Shown here in pieces: positions 53,277 to 63,345 of a stretch of 64,000 nucleotides of DNA. Position 1 is the stretch's first letter. Every line of letters starts with the position of its first letter. Below the pieces are notes generated by a model. That model saw nothing but the letters and a program-made list of their open reading frames with translations. It had not been told where the DNA came from and did not search any database. The position numbers were made by a program, and so were the translations under genes. Source of the DNA: Acholeplasmataceae bacterium (GTDB lineage Bacteria; Bacillota_I; Bacilli_A; Acholeplasmatales; Acholeplasmataceae); the NCBI GenBank assembly GCA_963675245.1, contig OY775910.1, positions 1,536,001 through 1,600,000 of the forward strand, read 5' to 3'.

Positions 53277-53765
53277 TTAAACCTTTTTTGTATAGTCCTG
53301 CTTGCGAATAGAGCCATCAACTTTATGAATAACGATACTAGAATCTGCGTTATCAGCAAGTCCTTCAGCATATTCAATCGCTTCTTTTTGGGTTTGAAAA
53401 TACTTAATTGTTTTATTAGAACCTTCTTTTCTAACACGCCACTGTTTAAAACGAGGACTTTTTTCATCCTTATTTTGTGAGATGTGGTACTTAGCGACTT
53501 TATCATCTACAGCTTTCGACTCAGGTTGTTCTGTTGGTTTATCTTTTACCGTCGGTTTTGGTGTAACAGGTTTAGGATCAACCGGTTTTGGAGTAATAGG
53601 TCTTGGTATAACTGTAGGTTCAATTTTGGATATAATAGTAGGTTCTCTTGGTGCTTCTTTTGTAATGACTTTCTTTTCTTCTTTTTTACCACTAACAAGT
53701 GAAATAATTAACAGAATAAGAATAACTGCACCCGCGGCGATAATCACATAATGATACCATTGCAT
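53277..53765 (-). CDS. Membrane-anchored protein with a Pro-rich linker and a C-terminal DUF2188-like domain
   Basis: N-terminal TM helix, PKP repeats, and WRVRKEG...F.TQKEAI...IHK.DG.I. Confidence 0.75.
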   Translation of the reverse strand: MQWYHYVIIAAGAVILILLIISLVSGKKEEKKVITKEAPREPTIISKIEPTVIPRPITPKPVDPKPVTPKPTVKDKPTEQPESKAVDDKVAKYHISQNKDEKSPRFKQWRVRKEGSNKTIKYFQTQKEAIEYAEGLADNADSSIVIHKVDGSIRKQDYTKKV

Positions 53766-53848
53766 AATTCATACCTCCTATAATCTATGTCTTGATTTTA
53801 TACTTTTTTTAATTATAGGTCAAATAAATCGCGTTATTAGGCAATATA

Positions 53849-55147
53849 TCACATGCTTCTATGATTAATATGAACGATATTTGATGATTCAATATCAAAT
53901 TCCTTGGTAATAAAAGACTGTGATCTTTCATCAACGATATAACTGAAATGCTCAAATTTGATATGTTCTGTATGTCTTAATTTAACCACATGCGACGTAT
54001 CTTCTATTACATCAGGTTGAATGGTCGGTCTTAAATCTAAATTTAATCTCGTGTTTCTGGTCATGGTATCAATATTAAGTTTACAGTTATTGAAAACGAT
54101 ATGACTGATTGGTGAATTTTCTTCACCATATATCACAACACCATTTTCGCCAATCATGTTAATATTTTTAAATTTGATATGTGAAATACGGCCTACGATA
54201 CTTTCTTCATGACGCTTAAGAGATGACATGAAAACTGGTTCACCAGCTCCCCACCTATCTTCCGATGGATGTCTTTCAGATTGAATGTGTAGATTAGAAA
54301 AAGAAATATTCTCAATATTTCCTTCATCACGCAATTGAAAAGAAATGCCTCTACTAGCCTTTTTAATGGTCACTCTACTAATTGAAATATGCTTAAAATC
54401 ATTCACTGATTCACTTCCAAAATTGATACCAGTATTAGAAGCAACTAATTCACAATTATGTATTTTAATATATTCTGTATTACCATATTGATTTGTACTT
54501 TCTGCATTTTTAAACACAATAGCATCATGAGCAGTTTCAATGTAGCAATTCCTTATTTCCATATGTTTACAGTGATCAGGAATAATACCATCGCAATCTC
54601 TCAATTCAAGATTGTTAAATATTTTCACACTATCAAATAATACATATGAGCAACCCACTAAATAAGTGGTCCATAAAAGGCTATGTTGAAAAGTAACGTC
54701 TCTGATAATTAAATGTTTAATATTTTCAAAATAAATAAGTGGGATTTTCAAATCATGCTTTGTTTTTTTATGACCATCAATAATCCCAGTACCAGAAATC
54801 ATCACATGAACAGCATCTTTGGCATAAATGAACACCTGTGATGGACGATGCATATCGTCTTCGCTTGCTGATATAGATGTTTCATCTGTATCGTCTGAAG
54901 TCATGCTAAGTTCATTATATGTCATATAGAGGGAGATATCATCGACACCTTCTAATAGTGCTCCTTGTTCAAGATGAAGATCAACATGAGATTTTAGAAT
55001 GAAAGAACCTGTTCTAAAATGACCTTCCGGTATGATCACACGACCACCACCACCTTTATTACACGTATCAATCGCTTTTTGAATCGCGTATTGACAATTA
55101 AAACTGCCATCATCAATTGCCCCAAAATCAATAATTGAGTACGTCAT
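53849..55147 (-). CDS. Glycoside hydrolase family 28 (polygalacturonase-like beta-helix)
   Basis: DFGA..DG, IQKAID, GGG.V.IP.G, LKSHV.LHL, G.G.IDG, DG, FGSE; catalytic DD appears as HD. Confidence 0.8.
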   Translation of the reverse strand: MTYSIIDFGAIDDGSFNCQYAIQKAIDTCNKGGGGRVIIPEGHFRTGSFILKSHVDLHLEQGALLEGVDDISLYMTYNELSMTSDDTDETSISASEDDMHRPSQVFIYAKDAVHVMISGTGIIDGHKKTKHDLKIPLIYFENIKHLIIRDVTFQHSLLWTTYLVGCSYVLFDSVKIFNNLELRDCDGIIPDHCKHMEIRNCYIETAHDAIVFKNAESTNQYGNTEYIKIHNCELVASNTGINFGSESVNDFKHISISRVTIKKASRGISFQLRDEGNIENISFSNLHIQSERHPSEDRWGAGEPVFMSSLKRHEESIVGRISHIKFKNINMIGENGVVIYGEENSPISHIVFNNCKLNIDTMTRNTRLNLDLRPTIQPDVIEDTSHVVKLRHTEHIKFEHFSYIVDERSQSFITKEFDIESSNIVHINHRSM

Positions 55148-55166
55148 CTCCTTCTCCTTTCGATAA

Positions 55167-55565
55167 TTAAAATATTAAATTATATAAAACGAATGTGACT
55201 CCTGAAATCATACTTGATAAAAAAGTTCCCCAAACCAAATCAACGGCAGTTACTGTCATTGGCCACGCTTTTAATGTTGCAAGATTTGTCAAATCGTATG
55301 TGGCATAGGCAACAAAACCAAATATACCACCTAACAAAAATGCTTGACCTACAAGACCATCATTGATTGCAGGATAAATGATCAAATAGGTTAATCCTAA
55401 AATGTAAATTAAATAGAAAACAATAGCTGCTATAAAATTAGGTTTTTCTGCTAATAAATGAGATAAATACTTACGATAAAACTTTGGTGCGATTAATCCT
55501 AACCAAATCGCATCAATAACAACAAATATGAATAAAGCAATTAAAGACATCCAAATAAAATTCAT
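55167..55565 (-). CDS. DUF2177 family membrane protein
   Basis: Motifs IDAIWL, YATYDLTNLATLK.W and DLVWG. Confidence 0.9.
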   Translation of the reverse strand: MNFIWMSLIALFIFVVIDAIWLGLIAPKFYRKYLSHLLAEKPNFIAAIVFYLIYILGLTYLIIYPAINDGLVGQAFLLGGIFGFVAYATYDLTNLATLKAWPMTVTAVDLVWGTFLSSMISGVTFVLYNLIF

Positions 55566-55567
55566 TA

Positions 55568-56800
55568 TTATTTCTCCTTTTCTAATGCATTCATGTTAAT
55601 CACGTATTGTTCAATATCAAATTTACGTGTTAACCCCTTATCATTCATGTATCTTAATTTCCCGAAAATAGCACGTTCTTTCCAAGCATGATCATGTTTA
55701 CCATAGCACCACGCAACACCTGCATACCCATTGGGTGTTAAACCATCAATGAAATAGCGGTTATTAAGCTTGATAGTGATATCATACGCCTCTTTATATG
55801 ATCCACTCCATTCAATGATCTTTTTGGCCCAATACATACGCATATAACCATGCATATAACCTAGATAAACCATTTCTTTCATCGCCGCATTAAAATAGGG
55901 GTCATGTGTCTTAAATTGGATATAATCTTCTAAATCATAAATATATGATCTTTCATCGTTTAAATGATCTTTCATCGTTTGATAAGCCCATTGATCCGTC
56001 ATATAATCAAATTGATCATATCTACGATTGTAATAAACAAAATTGTAGGCTAATTCTCTTCTTATGATTAACTCATCAAGAAATTTTGATTTCTTATCAT
56101 TGTCAATGCCATTTAACATATGATAAACAGTAACTGGTGAAATGAAACCATACTTTAAAAATGCACTCAATTTCGATGTATAGTCTTTTGAAGGATCATT
56201 TCTTTCAATATAATGATTTAATTTTTTATCAACAAATTGATGAACTTTTTCTCTTGCTCTCAGTTCGCCAATGCACATCTCTGCTTCGGTTAAAACTTCT
56301 TCATCATAAACTTTTAATAAAAGATTAATTTTATGTCTGATGGTATATGCGCCATATTCCAAATGATCACTTGCATCTCTCACTGGAACAAAAACATTTG
56401 ATTCCACCTGAAATAAATTGATGGAAGCAACTTCAGCGACTTCTTTGATCCTATTGAATACGTCAATATCAAATTTAAGATAAGCAAAATCAATAAATAT
56501 TGCCTGAATATCTTGTGATATGATGTGCAAAATCTCATCTCTCGAGATATAGGAGACATTATGGCAAATGACTTTTAATTTATCCACTAAATCAACTGTA
56601 TTTTCATCATAGAATCGTTTACTTTTAGGATTTTCTTCATAAGGTTTAACGACATAAATATGTAAAGATAAAGCGTATTTTTTACTGTACTTAATCGCAT
56701 GATCAAGTGTATAGTTATTACGAATTCGAAACGTTTTTGTCATGACATAAACAACACGTTTTCTTTCAACATGAAATAAAAGATCGTTTTTAATACGCAT
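55568..56800 (-). CDS. phrB: Deoxyribodipyrimidine photolyase, class II CPD type
   Basis: Motifs EYGAYTIR, S.LS.FL..G, ELIIRREL..NF, THDPY.NAA and GYMHGYMRMYWAKK. Confidence 0.92.
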   Translation of the reverse strand: MRIKNDLLFHVERKRVVYVMTKTFRIRNNYTLDHAIKYSKKYALSLHIYVVKPYEENPKSKRFYDENTVDLVDKLKVICHNVSYISRDEILHIISQDIQAIFIDFAYLKFDIDVFNRIKEVAEVASINLFQVESNVFVPVRDASDHLEYGAYTIRHKINLLLKVYDEEVLTEAEMCIGELRAREKVHQFVDKKLNHYIERNDPSKDYTSKLSAFLKYGFISPVTVYHMLNGIDNDKKSKFLDELIIRRELAYNFVYYNRRYDQFDYMTDQWAYQTMKDHLNDERSYIYDLEDYIQFKTHDPYFNAAMKEMVYLGYMHGYMRMYWAKKIIEWSGSYKEAYDITIKLNNRYFIDGLTPNGYAGVAWCYGKHDHAWKERAIFGKLRYMNDKGLTRKFDIEQYVINMNALEKEK

Positions 56801-57585
56801 TATTTCTTTTTAAACCAAGGGATAAATGCGTTTGTTTTAGACGCATAAGCTTCCCATCCTTCAGATTTACTCATCCGTTTTTCTAACATAGGTACACCGC
56901 TGACAAAACGTAATAAATAGGTGATTACAATGGGACTTATGATGACATATAAGCTTGATAACCCACCACCTACGATGACAAATAATGCAATCCCCCACCA
57001 TAATAATGCTTCGCCAAAGTAGTTCGGATGCCTTGTATAAGCCCATAATCCCTTAGTCATTAATTTTTGATCTTTTTTGGGGTTAGCGATATGATGTCTT
57101 AACTGCCTATCACCGATGACTTCAAATGCATATCCTATTATCCAAATGAAGATACCTAGTCCCAATCCAATATAAGCCCATATGGACAAATTGTTGAGAC
57201 TAAATCCATAGATATTGACATAAAAGGCACCTATACCAACGATAAACATGAATATACCTTGCAGCATAAAAATTTGTAAAAAAGCACGAGGAACAACCCA
57301 CTTTCCCCATGCCTTACGCCAAGCTTGATATCTAAAGTCTTCTTCTTTAAATAAATTTCTCTTTAAAATATGATAAAACAATCTAATACCCCATAAAGAG
57401 ACTAGTAAGTTAATCACTAATTTCTCTATTGAATACCCATAAGTAACCATGAGTATCCAAGAAGTAATGACGAAACCTATTCCCCATCCAACATCAACAA
57501 TACTATTGTTCTTAATGAAGGTAGCTATAACAAAAAAGATGAAAAAATATACAAAAATAATAACGCCTGCCCATAAGAATCCCAT
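56800..57585 (-). CDS. DUF1295 (steroid 5-alpha-reductase/ICMT-like fold) membrane protein
   Basis: Motifs [34 protein letters not shown] and SGVPMLE. Confidence 0.9.
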   Translation of the reverse strand: MGFLWAGVIIFVYFFIFFVIATFIKNNSIVDVGWGIGFVITSWILMVTYGYSIEKLVINLLVSLWGIRLFYHILKRNLFKEEDFRYQAWRKAWGKWVVPRAFLQIFMLQGIFMFIVGIGAFYVNIYGFSLNNLSIWAYIGLGLGIFIWIIGYAFEVIGDRQLRHHIANPKKDQKLMTKGLWAYTRHPNYFGEALLWWGIALFVIVGGGLSSLYVIISPIVITYLLRFVSGVPMLEKRMSKSEGWEAYASKTNAFIPWFKKK

Positions 57586-57586
57586 A

Positions 57587-59359
57587 TTAAAGTTTCCTTT
57601 CTTTAATATATGCAATCGCTACTGAGCCTTTACCACTATGTATGGCGGTTGCACTTGAAACTTCTGCAATATACTCAGGTTTTTTTCCTATAATGTCAGT
57701 GAATAGTGTTTCATACGTTTTGACCAAAGGTATATTCTCACAATGAACAAGTGCATATTTCTCAATGCCTTGTTCTTGAAGATCTCTTTTAATATGTTTG
57801 ACAATTTTTTTAGTAATTCCTTTTTGAGATAATGCGAATCCAAATGCGGTGCCTTTGCCTTGTTTATCAATAGCCATAATAGGTCTAATACCAAGTGCCA
57901 TACCAATATTACCAACCGCTTTAGGTAATCGTCCACTCATTGTGGCATATTTAAATGTTTCAAGACAAACTAAAATTTCAGATCTCGCTTTTTCATCATT
58001 TATAATCTCTTTGATTTCTGTTAATGATTTTTGTTGTTGGACTAACTCTACAGCATGTTTGACGAGTAAACCTTCTGCAGCAGAATTGGTCAAACTATCA
58101 ATATGAACAATTTCTTTACCTAATGATTGTAAGTTTTTAACTTCTGCTTGAATAACTTCATAGGTAGCACTAAGCTTGGAAGATACACTAATGACCACTA
58201 TTTTTTGATACACACCAAATAGTTTATCAAACAAATCTTTCACATTTTTAGAACTTGGCGTGGCTGTTGTTGGATATTCGATACCCTTATCAATTAAACC
58301 AAACAAAATAGTGTTGTTAATCGTCAGTTTATCTAAATAATTCACATTTTCAATCATGACATTAATAGGTAAGACCGAAACATCATTGATTAATAAATAA
58401 TTTTGATCAATATCGCATATAGAATCTGTAACAATTACAGTATCGTATTTCGTTTGTTTCATTTTAATATCGAGTGTCATATCATCTACTTTTTGTGCAA
58501 TGATATGGCCAAATCCACTTAATACTTGGAATACATTTGAAGGTTCATTCGTGTGAATATGAACACGAAACATCGTCGCACCAACAGCAACAATCAAACT
58601 ATCACCATAACCTTGAAGCGCTTTTAATATCTCATCTTCTTTTTGATTATTGTGTGAAACAAGTCCTTCTGTACAATAACGATAAAGGCCGATATCGTCT
58701 TCAGAATGATCATGTTCAATAATAATTTCTTCAAATGATTCTTGTTCTAATTGTTCTGCATTGAAATAACTATTTATACCTTCTAAAAATGTCACAAAAC
58801 CCAAAGCACCGCTATCAATCACATCACGTTTTTTTAAGACTTCAAGTTGTTCTTTTGTTTCATCTAGAGCTATTTTAGCTTTTGCGTATGCATGAAGGAA
58901 GAAATCTCTATTAGACGTTGCTTGTTTGTAATATTCAAGTAGGTTATTTGCCCATGATTTCATCACGGTTAAAATCGTACCTTCAACTGGTTGGCTTAAT
59001 GAATGATACGTGTGTTCAACACTATCGTTTGCCATCATTGCAAACCGTTCCAACGACACTTCATCATCACCAGCTGATGATAAGCGAAGCCCATTGATGA
59101 ACTGTGCGAAAATAATACCACTATTTCCTCTAGCACCAATCAATGCTGCATTACTAATTGAATCCAATGTCACGTGAAAAGACGGTTTTGAAACTGATTC
59201 AGTCATAATCGTCTGAAGTGTCATTGCTAAATTATTTCCTGTATCACCATCCGGTACAGGAAATACGTTAATATCATTTAAAATTTTTCTTTTTCTGGAA
59301 ATAAATGTCGCACCATACTTAAACATTTGATACAAATCATTGCCATTTAGATACATCAT
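57587..59359 (-). CDS. DAK2 (FakA-like kinase)-DegV (FakB-like) fusion protein
   Basis: Motifs [32 protein letters not shown] and VHIHTN, then DegV motifs TDSICD, SS.LS.T, SGR and H.G. Confidence 0.9.
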   Translation of the reverse strand: MMYLNGNDLYQMFKYGATFISRKRKILNDINVFPVPDGDTGNNLAMTLQTIMTESVSKPSFHVTLDSISNAALIGARGNSGIIFAQFINGLRLSSAGDDEVSLERFAMMANDSVEHTYHSLSQPVEGTILTVMKSWANNLLEYYKQATSNRDFFLHAYAKAKIALDETKEQLEVLKKRDVIDSGALGFVTFLEGINSYFNAEQLEQESFEEIIIEHDHSEDDIGLYRYCTEGLVSHNNQKEDEILKALQGYGDSLIVAVGATMFRVHIHTNEPSNVFQVLSGFGHIIAQKVDDMTLDIKMKQTKYDTVIVTDSICDIDQNYLLINDVSVLPINVMIENVNYLDKLTINNTILFGLIDKGIEYPTTATPSSKNVKDLFDKLFGVYQKIVVISVSSKLSATYEVIQAEVKNLQSLGKEIVHIDSLTNSAAEGLLVKHAVELVQQQKSLTEIKEIINDEKARSEILVCLETFKYATMSGRLPKAVGNIGMALGIRPIMAIDKQGKGTAFGFALSQKGITKKIVKHIKRDLQEQGIEKYALVHCENIPLVKTYETLFTDIIGKKPEYIAEVSSATAIHSGKGSVAIAYIKERKL

Positions 59360-59469
59360 AAACTCCTTTTAACGATTTATTCACCTATATTATATCAAAT
59401 ATAATCAATCAATAAACTAACATGCATTAAATAAAAAGACTGAATATCTCAGCCTTATTAAAAAACTAC

Positions 59470-59979
59470 TTATTTATGATAGACCAATTCAGCAAATTGA
59501 CCATAGTGATTAATCTTTTGTAAATGCCATTTTTTTAAACCATCTTGTTGCGTAAACAAGGGAATACCAGACCCAAGTAGCACTGGTGCTATTTGAATCA
59601 TCATGACATCGACTAAGTCGTGGTCTAGTAATGGTGCTAAGATACTATTACCACCAATGATCCAAATATTTTTATCTATAGGTAAGTCACTAACAAATGT
59701 AGCTACATCACCATTTACTGGTTTAAATTGGTTTAGCGGGAGATCTTTACTATGCGTGAAAACGTAGTTAGTCGTTGTAGAATAAATAGTATCTTTCTCT
59801 TCAATAGTTGCAATAAAATCAAATGTTTTTTTGCCCATAATCGTTATATCCATTTTTTGGTAAAAACTGTCATATTCAGTTTCTTCTGTAGTACCCACTT
59901 CAAATAACCAGTCTAACTTGTGATTCTTATCAGCTAAATAACCATCCAAAGTGATGCATCCATAAAAGTAAACACTCAT
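59470..59979 (-). CDS. Dihydrofolate reductase/RibD C-terminal family protein
   Basis: Motifs TLDGYLA, MGKKT, WIIGG and APVLLGSG. Confidence 0.88.
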   Translation of the reverse strand: MSVYFYGCITLDGYLADKNHKLDWLFEVGTTEETEYDSFYQKMDITIMGKKTFDFIATIEEKDTIYSTTTNYVFTHSKDLPLNQFKPVNGDVATFVSDLPIDKNIWIIGGNSILAPLLDHDLVDVMMIQIAPVLLGSGIPLFTQQDGLKKWHLQKINHYGQFAELVYHK

Positions 59980-59991
59980 ATAAACACCTCT

Positions 59992-60036
59992 TTATTTTAA
60001 TTCCAGTAATGTGACACTTTCAACTTGCGTCGAGTG
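59992..60036 (-). pseudogene. Orphan 3' end of rlmD/rumA; putative att site of an integrated element
   Basis: Translates to HSTQVESVTLLELK*, resembling the RlmD C-terminal H-V-E-S/C-V motif; abuts the RBS of the next host gene. Confidence 0.7.
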
Positions 60037-60301
60037 CTCCATATTGCTTGAAAATGGGGTGTTGTGTGTACTCAAGAAACATAAATATGGCACTTTTTAT
60101 GTTTACTCACACAGGCACAGAAAAACCAAGGTAACATATTTTATACTTATAATATATTGACCCTTACATCAACCATTCTCTTATTTTATGTAGGGAAATA
60201 ACAATAGCAATCTCATTAAATGGTTACATTTTTTGATATATTACCTCTGTTTATACAAGCATAACTCATACTTGCAAAAATTCTTACACATAAAGTTGTT
60301 G

Positions 60302-60373
60302 TCATAAAAAAGTGCACGCAGTTAGTGTAGTCACAACTGCTACTAATGTTACTAAACTTAATAATTTTCTCAT
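60302..60373 (-). CDS. 23-aa lipoprotein signal-peptide-only ORF (mini-lipopeptide or frameshifted remnant)
   Basis: AAAGGAGA RBS; MRKLLSLVTLVAVVTTLTAC-TFL* with lipobox LTAC. Confidence 0.5.
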   Translation of the reverse strand: MRKLLSLVTLVAVVTTLTACTFL

Positions 60374-61124
60374 TTTACATTCTCCTTTTTTCATATCGTT
60401 GCAGTTAGATTTTACTAATAAGTTAATAAATTGTAAAGTGTATCTGTAATCTTTCTAAATATCGTTACAAGTAAGATTTACGAATAAGTCTATGAATAAG
60501 AAGTTACAAACTTGAGGGTAAAAGGGGGTTGCTAGTATTAATTGCGATACAATGCGTACTGCACCACCAATGATCATCGATAAATATAATGTTTCGATTA
60601 CCTCCAATGTTGAAATAATCAGAAAACAGTTTCAAGACTGAGTAAATAGAAAGCTGAAATTTAGCTAAACTAATACGCAAGTCACAATTAGATCGCCGTA
60701 TTTGCATAATATGATGATTCTTACTTCTCAATCAATTTATACTAGCTAGTTGATAACGCGGATAATTAAAAAAGGAATTGTATAAAGATAATCATTCTCG
60801 GACAAGGATCAAATATACCTTTTTGGAAACGAATACAAGGATACATAAAAATTAGTTTGAAGCATACATATAAAAATATTGAATAAACCTCTGAGATATA
60901 TTTTCAGAGGTTAAATTTATATGTGGTAACACTTCGTAGTGTATTTAACAATACCTTCGAGTCACTCAATATAATAATTCAAAACTATCACTACTCAAAA
61001 TGGATTGTTGAGAAATTCTTAGAAATTCTTAAAGTGTATTAAAGAATCTCTCTATTTGTCTTATAATCCAAATAATTCCATTTAATCGTGGATTAAATAC
61101 AGATTTCAAATTTTATTGTGTTCT

Positions 61125-61562
61125 TCAAAGTTCAAAGCTTAAAGGATTACATGCTTCGTTTATAGCAGATATTAACTCTTTTTCAACCTGTAATGCTATA
61201 TCAGATAAACTATCATCAGAAAGTATGTTCATTAGTTTTGTTGGTTTTATTAACCCTACAAACACTTGAGATTTTTCCTCATATATCACTATCTTACATG
61301 GTAGCAGGAAACCCATTACTAGGTTTTTATCCAAAACATTTTTTGCCTGTTTCGGATTACATACTTCAAGAATCTTAAAGTTACTCTCAAAATCATAACC
61401 CTTTTCGTGTAATTTGTCCTTAAAATTCAACTCCCAAAGTACTCCGAATTGGTGATGTTGTAAAGAGTTTTTCAAGTTGTCGGTTACATTATCAAAATCC
61501 ATATTGTTGCGAACTTTGTTAATGTATGTGGTATCGTTTAGATCTAAAAATTTGTTTTCCAT
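61125..61562 (-). CDS. DUF302 family protein
   Basis: Motifs FGVLW, ILEVCNP and G.LLPCKIVIYE. Confidence 0.9.
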   Translation of the reverse strand: MENKFLDLNDTTYINKVRNNMDFDNVTDNLKNSLQHHQFGVLWELNFKDKLHEKGYDFESNFKILEVCNPKQAKNVLDKNLVMGFLLPCKIVIYEEKSQVFVGLIKPTKLMNILSDDSLSDIALQVEKELISAINEACNPLSFEL

Positions 61563-61592
61563 TTAATACTCCTTTCATTCTGTAAAATCATT

Positions 61593-61784
61593 CTAGTGAA
61601 AATATACACCGTATATACTATTCTCCTGTGTTGACACTTCTGAATAATCATTTATTTTATTAAAATCAGAATAAGAACTCTTAATAGTATTATTATCCTT
61701 CATTAAGATTATACTAAAAATAAGAGCCACAAATAATAATGAAGTGCCAATGAGTACGTTTCTTAAAAATCTGTCTTTCTTCAT
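61593..61784 (-). pseudogene. Short membrane-anchored ORF, probably truncated (possibly a thioredoxin-like protein)
   Basis: Single TM helix, then ends abruptly at YGVYFH*, where a thioredoxin-type CxxC might be expected to follow. Confidence 0.35.
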
Positions 61785-62158
61785 ATAGTGTCTTGTCCCT
61801 TCTTAGGCGCAAAATTTTTATAAAGTACTGTAATTTTTAAGTCATTGGTTACCATATAATTTCCTATAATAACTCGATCCTTGTTTATATATTTAGACCT
61901 CCATATTTTTATTCTTTTTCTTAGCATATAATTCTCCTTTCTTTTTTTTGTACAATAGAGCTTAACTTATAAATAACTTCAGCTTGTAGTGTTTGGGTTA
62001 GTCTTAATCACTTGACATTGATTTATACAACCTGAAGATTAACTGCTTATGTTTTTTTTGATGTGTTTTAAACATACATTTTATCATTGTATCATTTGGC
62101 AACGATTATCTCTTCCTTATATATAAGGATCAATAGTTCACCGATGACTGTCCTTTAC

Positions 62159-62626
62159 TCAGCTCTCTTTCTTAAATATCAAACTTATGGCATAACCTGA
62201 AACTCCTAAGGTAAGAAAAACATCAGCTAAATTGAAAACTGGGAAGTCATAACCAAAGACAAGGAAATCTAAATAATCAATAACATAACTCAATAGAATC
62301 CTATTTATGAAATTACCTAAACTTCCGGATATCAAAAGTATCATTGAAATTGTAAGTAATTTTTCATTCTTAAAATCACCATGTTTTATCAAAACAAACG
62401 TAAAAATAACTAAAGAAATCACTGTAATTATTATTAAGAAAGTCATTCGACCTTGAAATAGTCCCCATGCTGCTCCTTCGTTTTTAGTGTATGTAATAGT
62501 AAATAGATCCTGAATAATAACAACTTTTTGATATATGTTAATACTCACAGTTATAAAATGTTTTACCTGTTGTTCAATAGTTACCAAAACTGTAATAATT
62601 AATAAATATATAACGTATTTTTTCAT
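62159..62626 (-). CDS. lspA: Lipoprotein signal peptidase II
   Basis: Motifs N.GAAWG, GSLGNF, VIDYL and PVFNLAD. Confidence 0.92.
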   Translation of the reverse strand: MKKYVIYLLIITVLVTIEQQVKHFITVSINIYQKVVIIQDLFTITYTKNEGAAWGLFQGRMTFLIIITVISLVIFTFVLIKHGDFKNEKLLTISMILLISGSLGNFINRILLSYVIDYLDFLVFGYDFPVFNLADVFLTLGVSGYAISLIFKKES

Positions 62627-62777
62627 GTTTATCCTCAAATTGAATAGCTCTCTCACAAGTGTCCTTCATTTTTGAACCAATTATTTTAGTTGCAAGTTAA
62701 ACTATTTTAATCTTTCTTTGTATAAATTGTTGTTTCTCTTCATCGTTGATTGAATATAACAAGCTTTATTTTTACTA

Positions 62778-62921
62778 CTATCCTAAAACTCGATCATTAT
62801 GAATTGAAAATTTCTTTTCATTATACCTCAATACTCTCATGGCATTAAATATGGCAATTATTGAAACTCCTACATCTGCAATGACAGCTTCCCACATTGT
62901 TGCGATACCAACAGCACCTAG
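62778..62921 (-). pseudogene. 3' fragment of a second heavy-metal P1B ATPase
   Basis: LGAVGIATMWEAVIADVGVSIIAIFNAMRVLRYN..., nearly identical to the C-terminus encoded at 63677-63800; cut exactly at the TGT end at 62922. Confidence 0.85.
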
Positions 62922-63003
62922 TGTCTTGTCATTATGGACTTTATCACTGTTTTTGATAACCTCTAGACTAACTTTACTACAACCTCTTGACTAACTTTAC
63001 TAT
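62922..63003 (+). mobile_element. Transposon-like terminal sequence 1 (TGT end plus 23-bp tandem repeats)
   Basis: TGTCTTGTCATTATGGA at 62922; AACCTCTWGACTAACTTTACTAY repeated at 62958-62980 and 62981-63003. Confidence 0.65.
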
Positions 63004-63051
63004 AAATAATGCTAAAAGTTCATATTTTATTTATATATTAATTTTTCACAA

Positions 63052-63345
63052 CTAATTCATACTATTCTCATTGAGGTGGTTCTCAATTATTGAAATTTTA
63101 TCTTTTCTATTCATAGCTTTATAAGCTTTTAGCCATTCTTCTAAAGAAGATAAATAAATGGTAACTCCTTGTATCTTTATTTCATCAGTTGATGATGAAT
63201 CATCGAATGTATATAAGCTACCATCTGTACTGATTTTAAAACTGCTTTCTCAATTGCAAATTGCGTTATAGCCTGTGTGATTTGAGCATTCACATAAGCC
63301 TTTGATGCAGCATTTACATTATTAGCCACTTTACCTATTGTGGAT
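63052..63345 (-). pseudogene. Frameshifted, 5'-truncated gene remnant
   Basis: Two overlapping open stretches on the minus strand (...KVANNVNAASKAYV... and ...SFKISTDGSLYTFDDS...EEWLKAYK...) with the upstream part cut at the TGT end at 63346. Confidence 0.4.

Noticed and set aside
60504..60731. 75-aa minus-strand ORF from the track
   Set aside because: TTG start without a good RBS and no recognisable motif; probably decayed DNA.
61789..61797. Third TGTCTTGTC match to the transposon-like tip
   Set aside because: Only 9 bp, no internal repeats follow, and it lies in the RBS spacer of a small ORF; likely chance.
61905..62110. SGCINQCQV fragment reminiscent of DUF1450-type Cys proteins
   Set aside because: Interrupted by stops and frameshifts and too short to support without a search.
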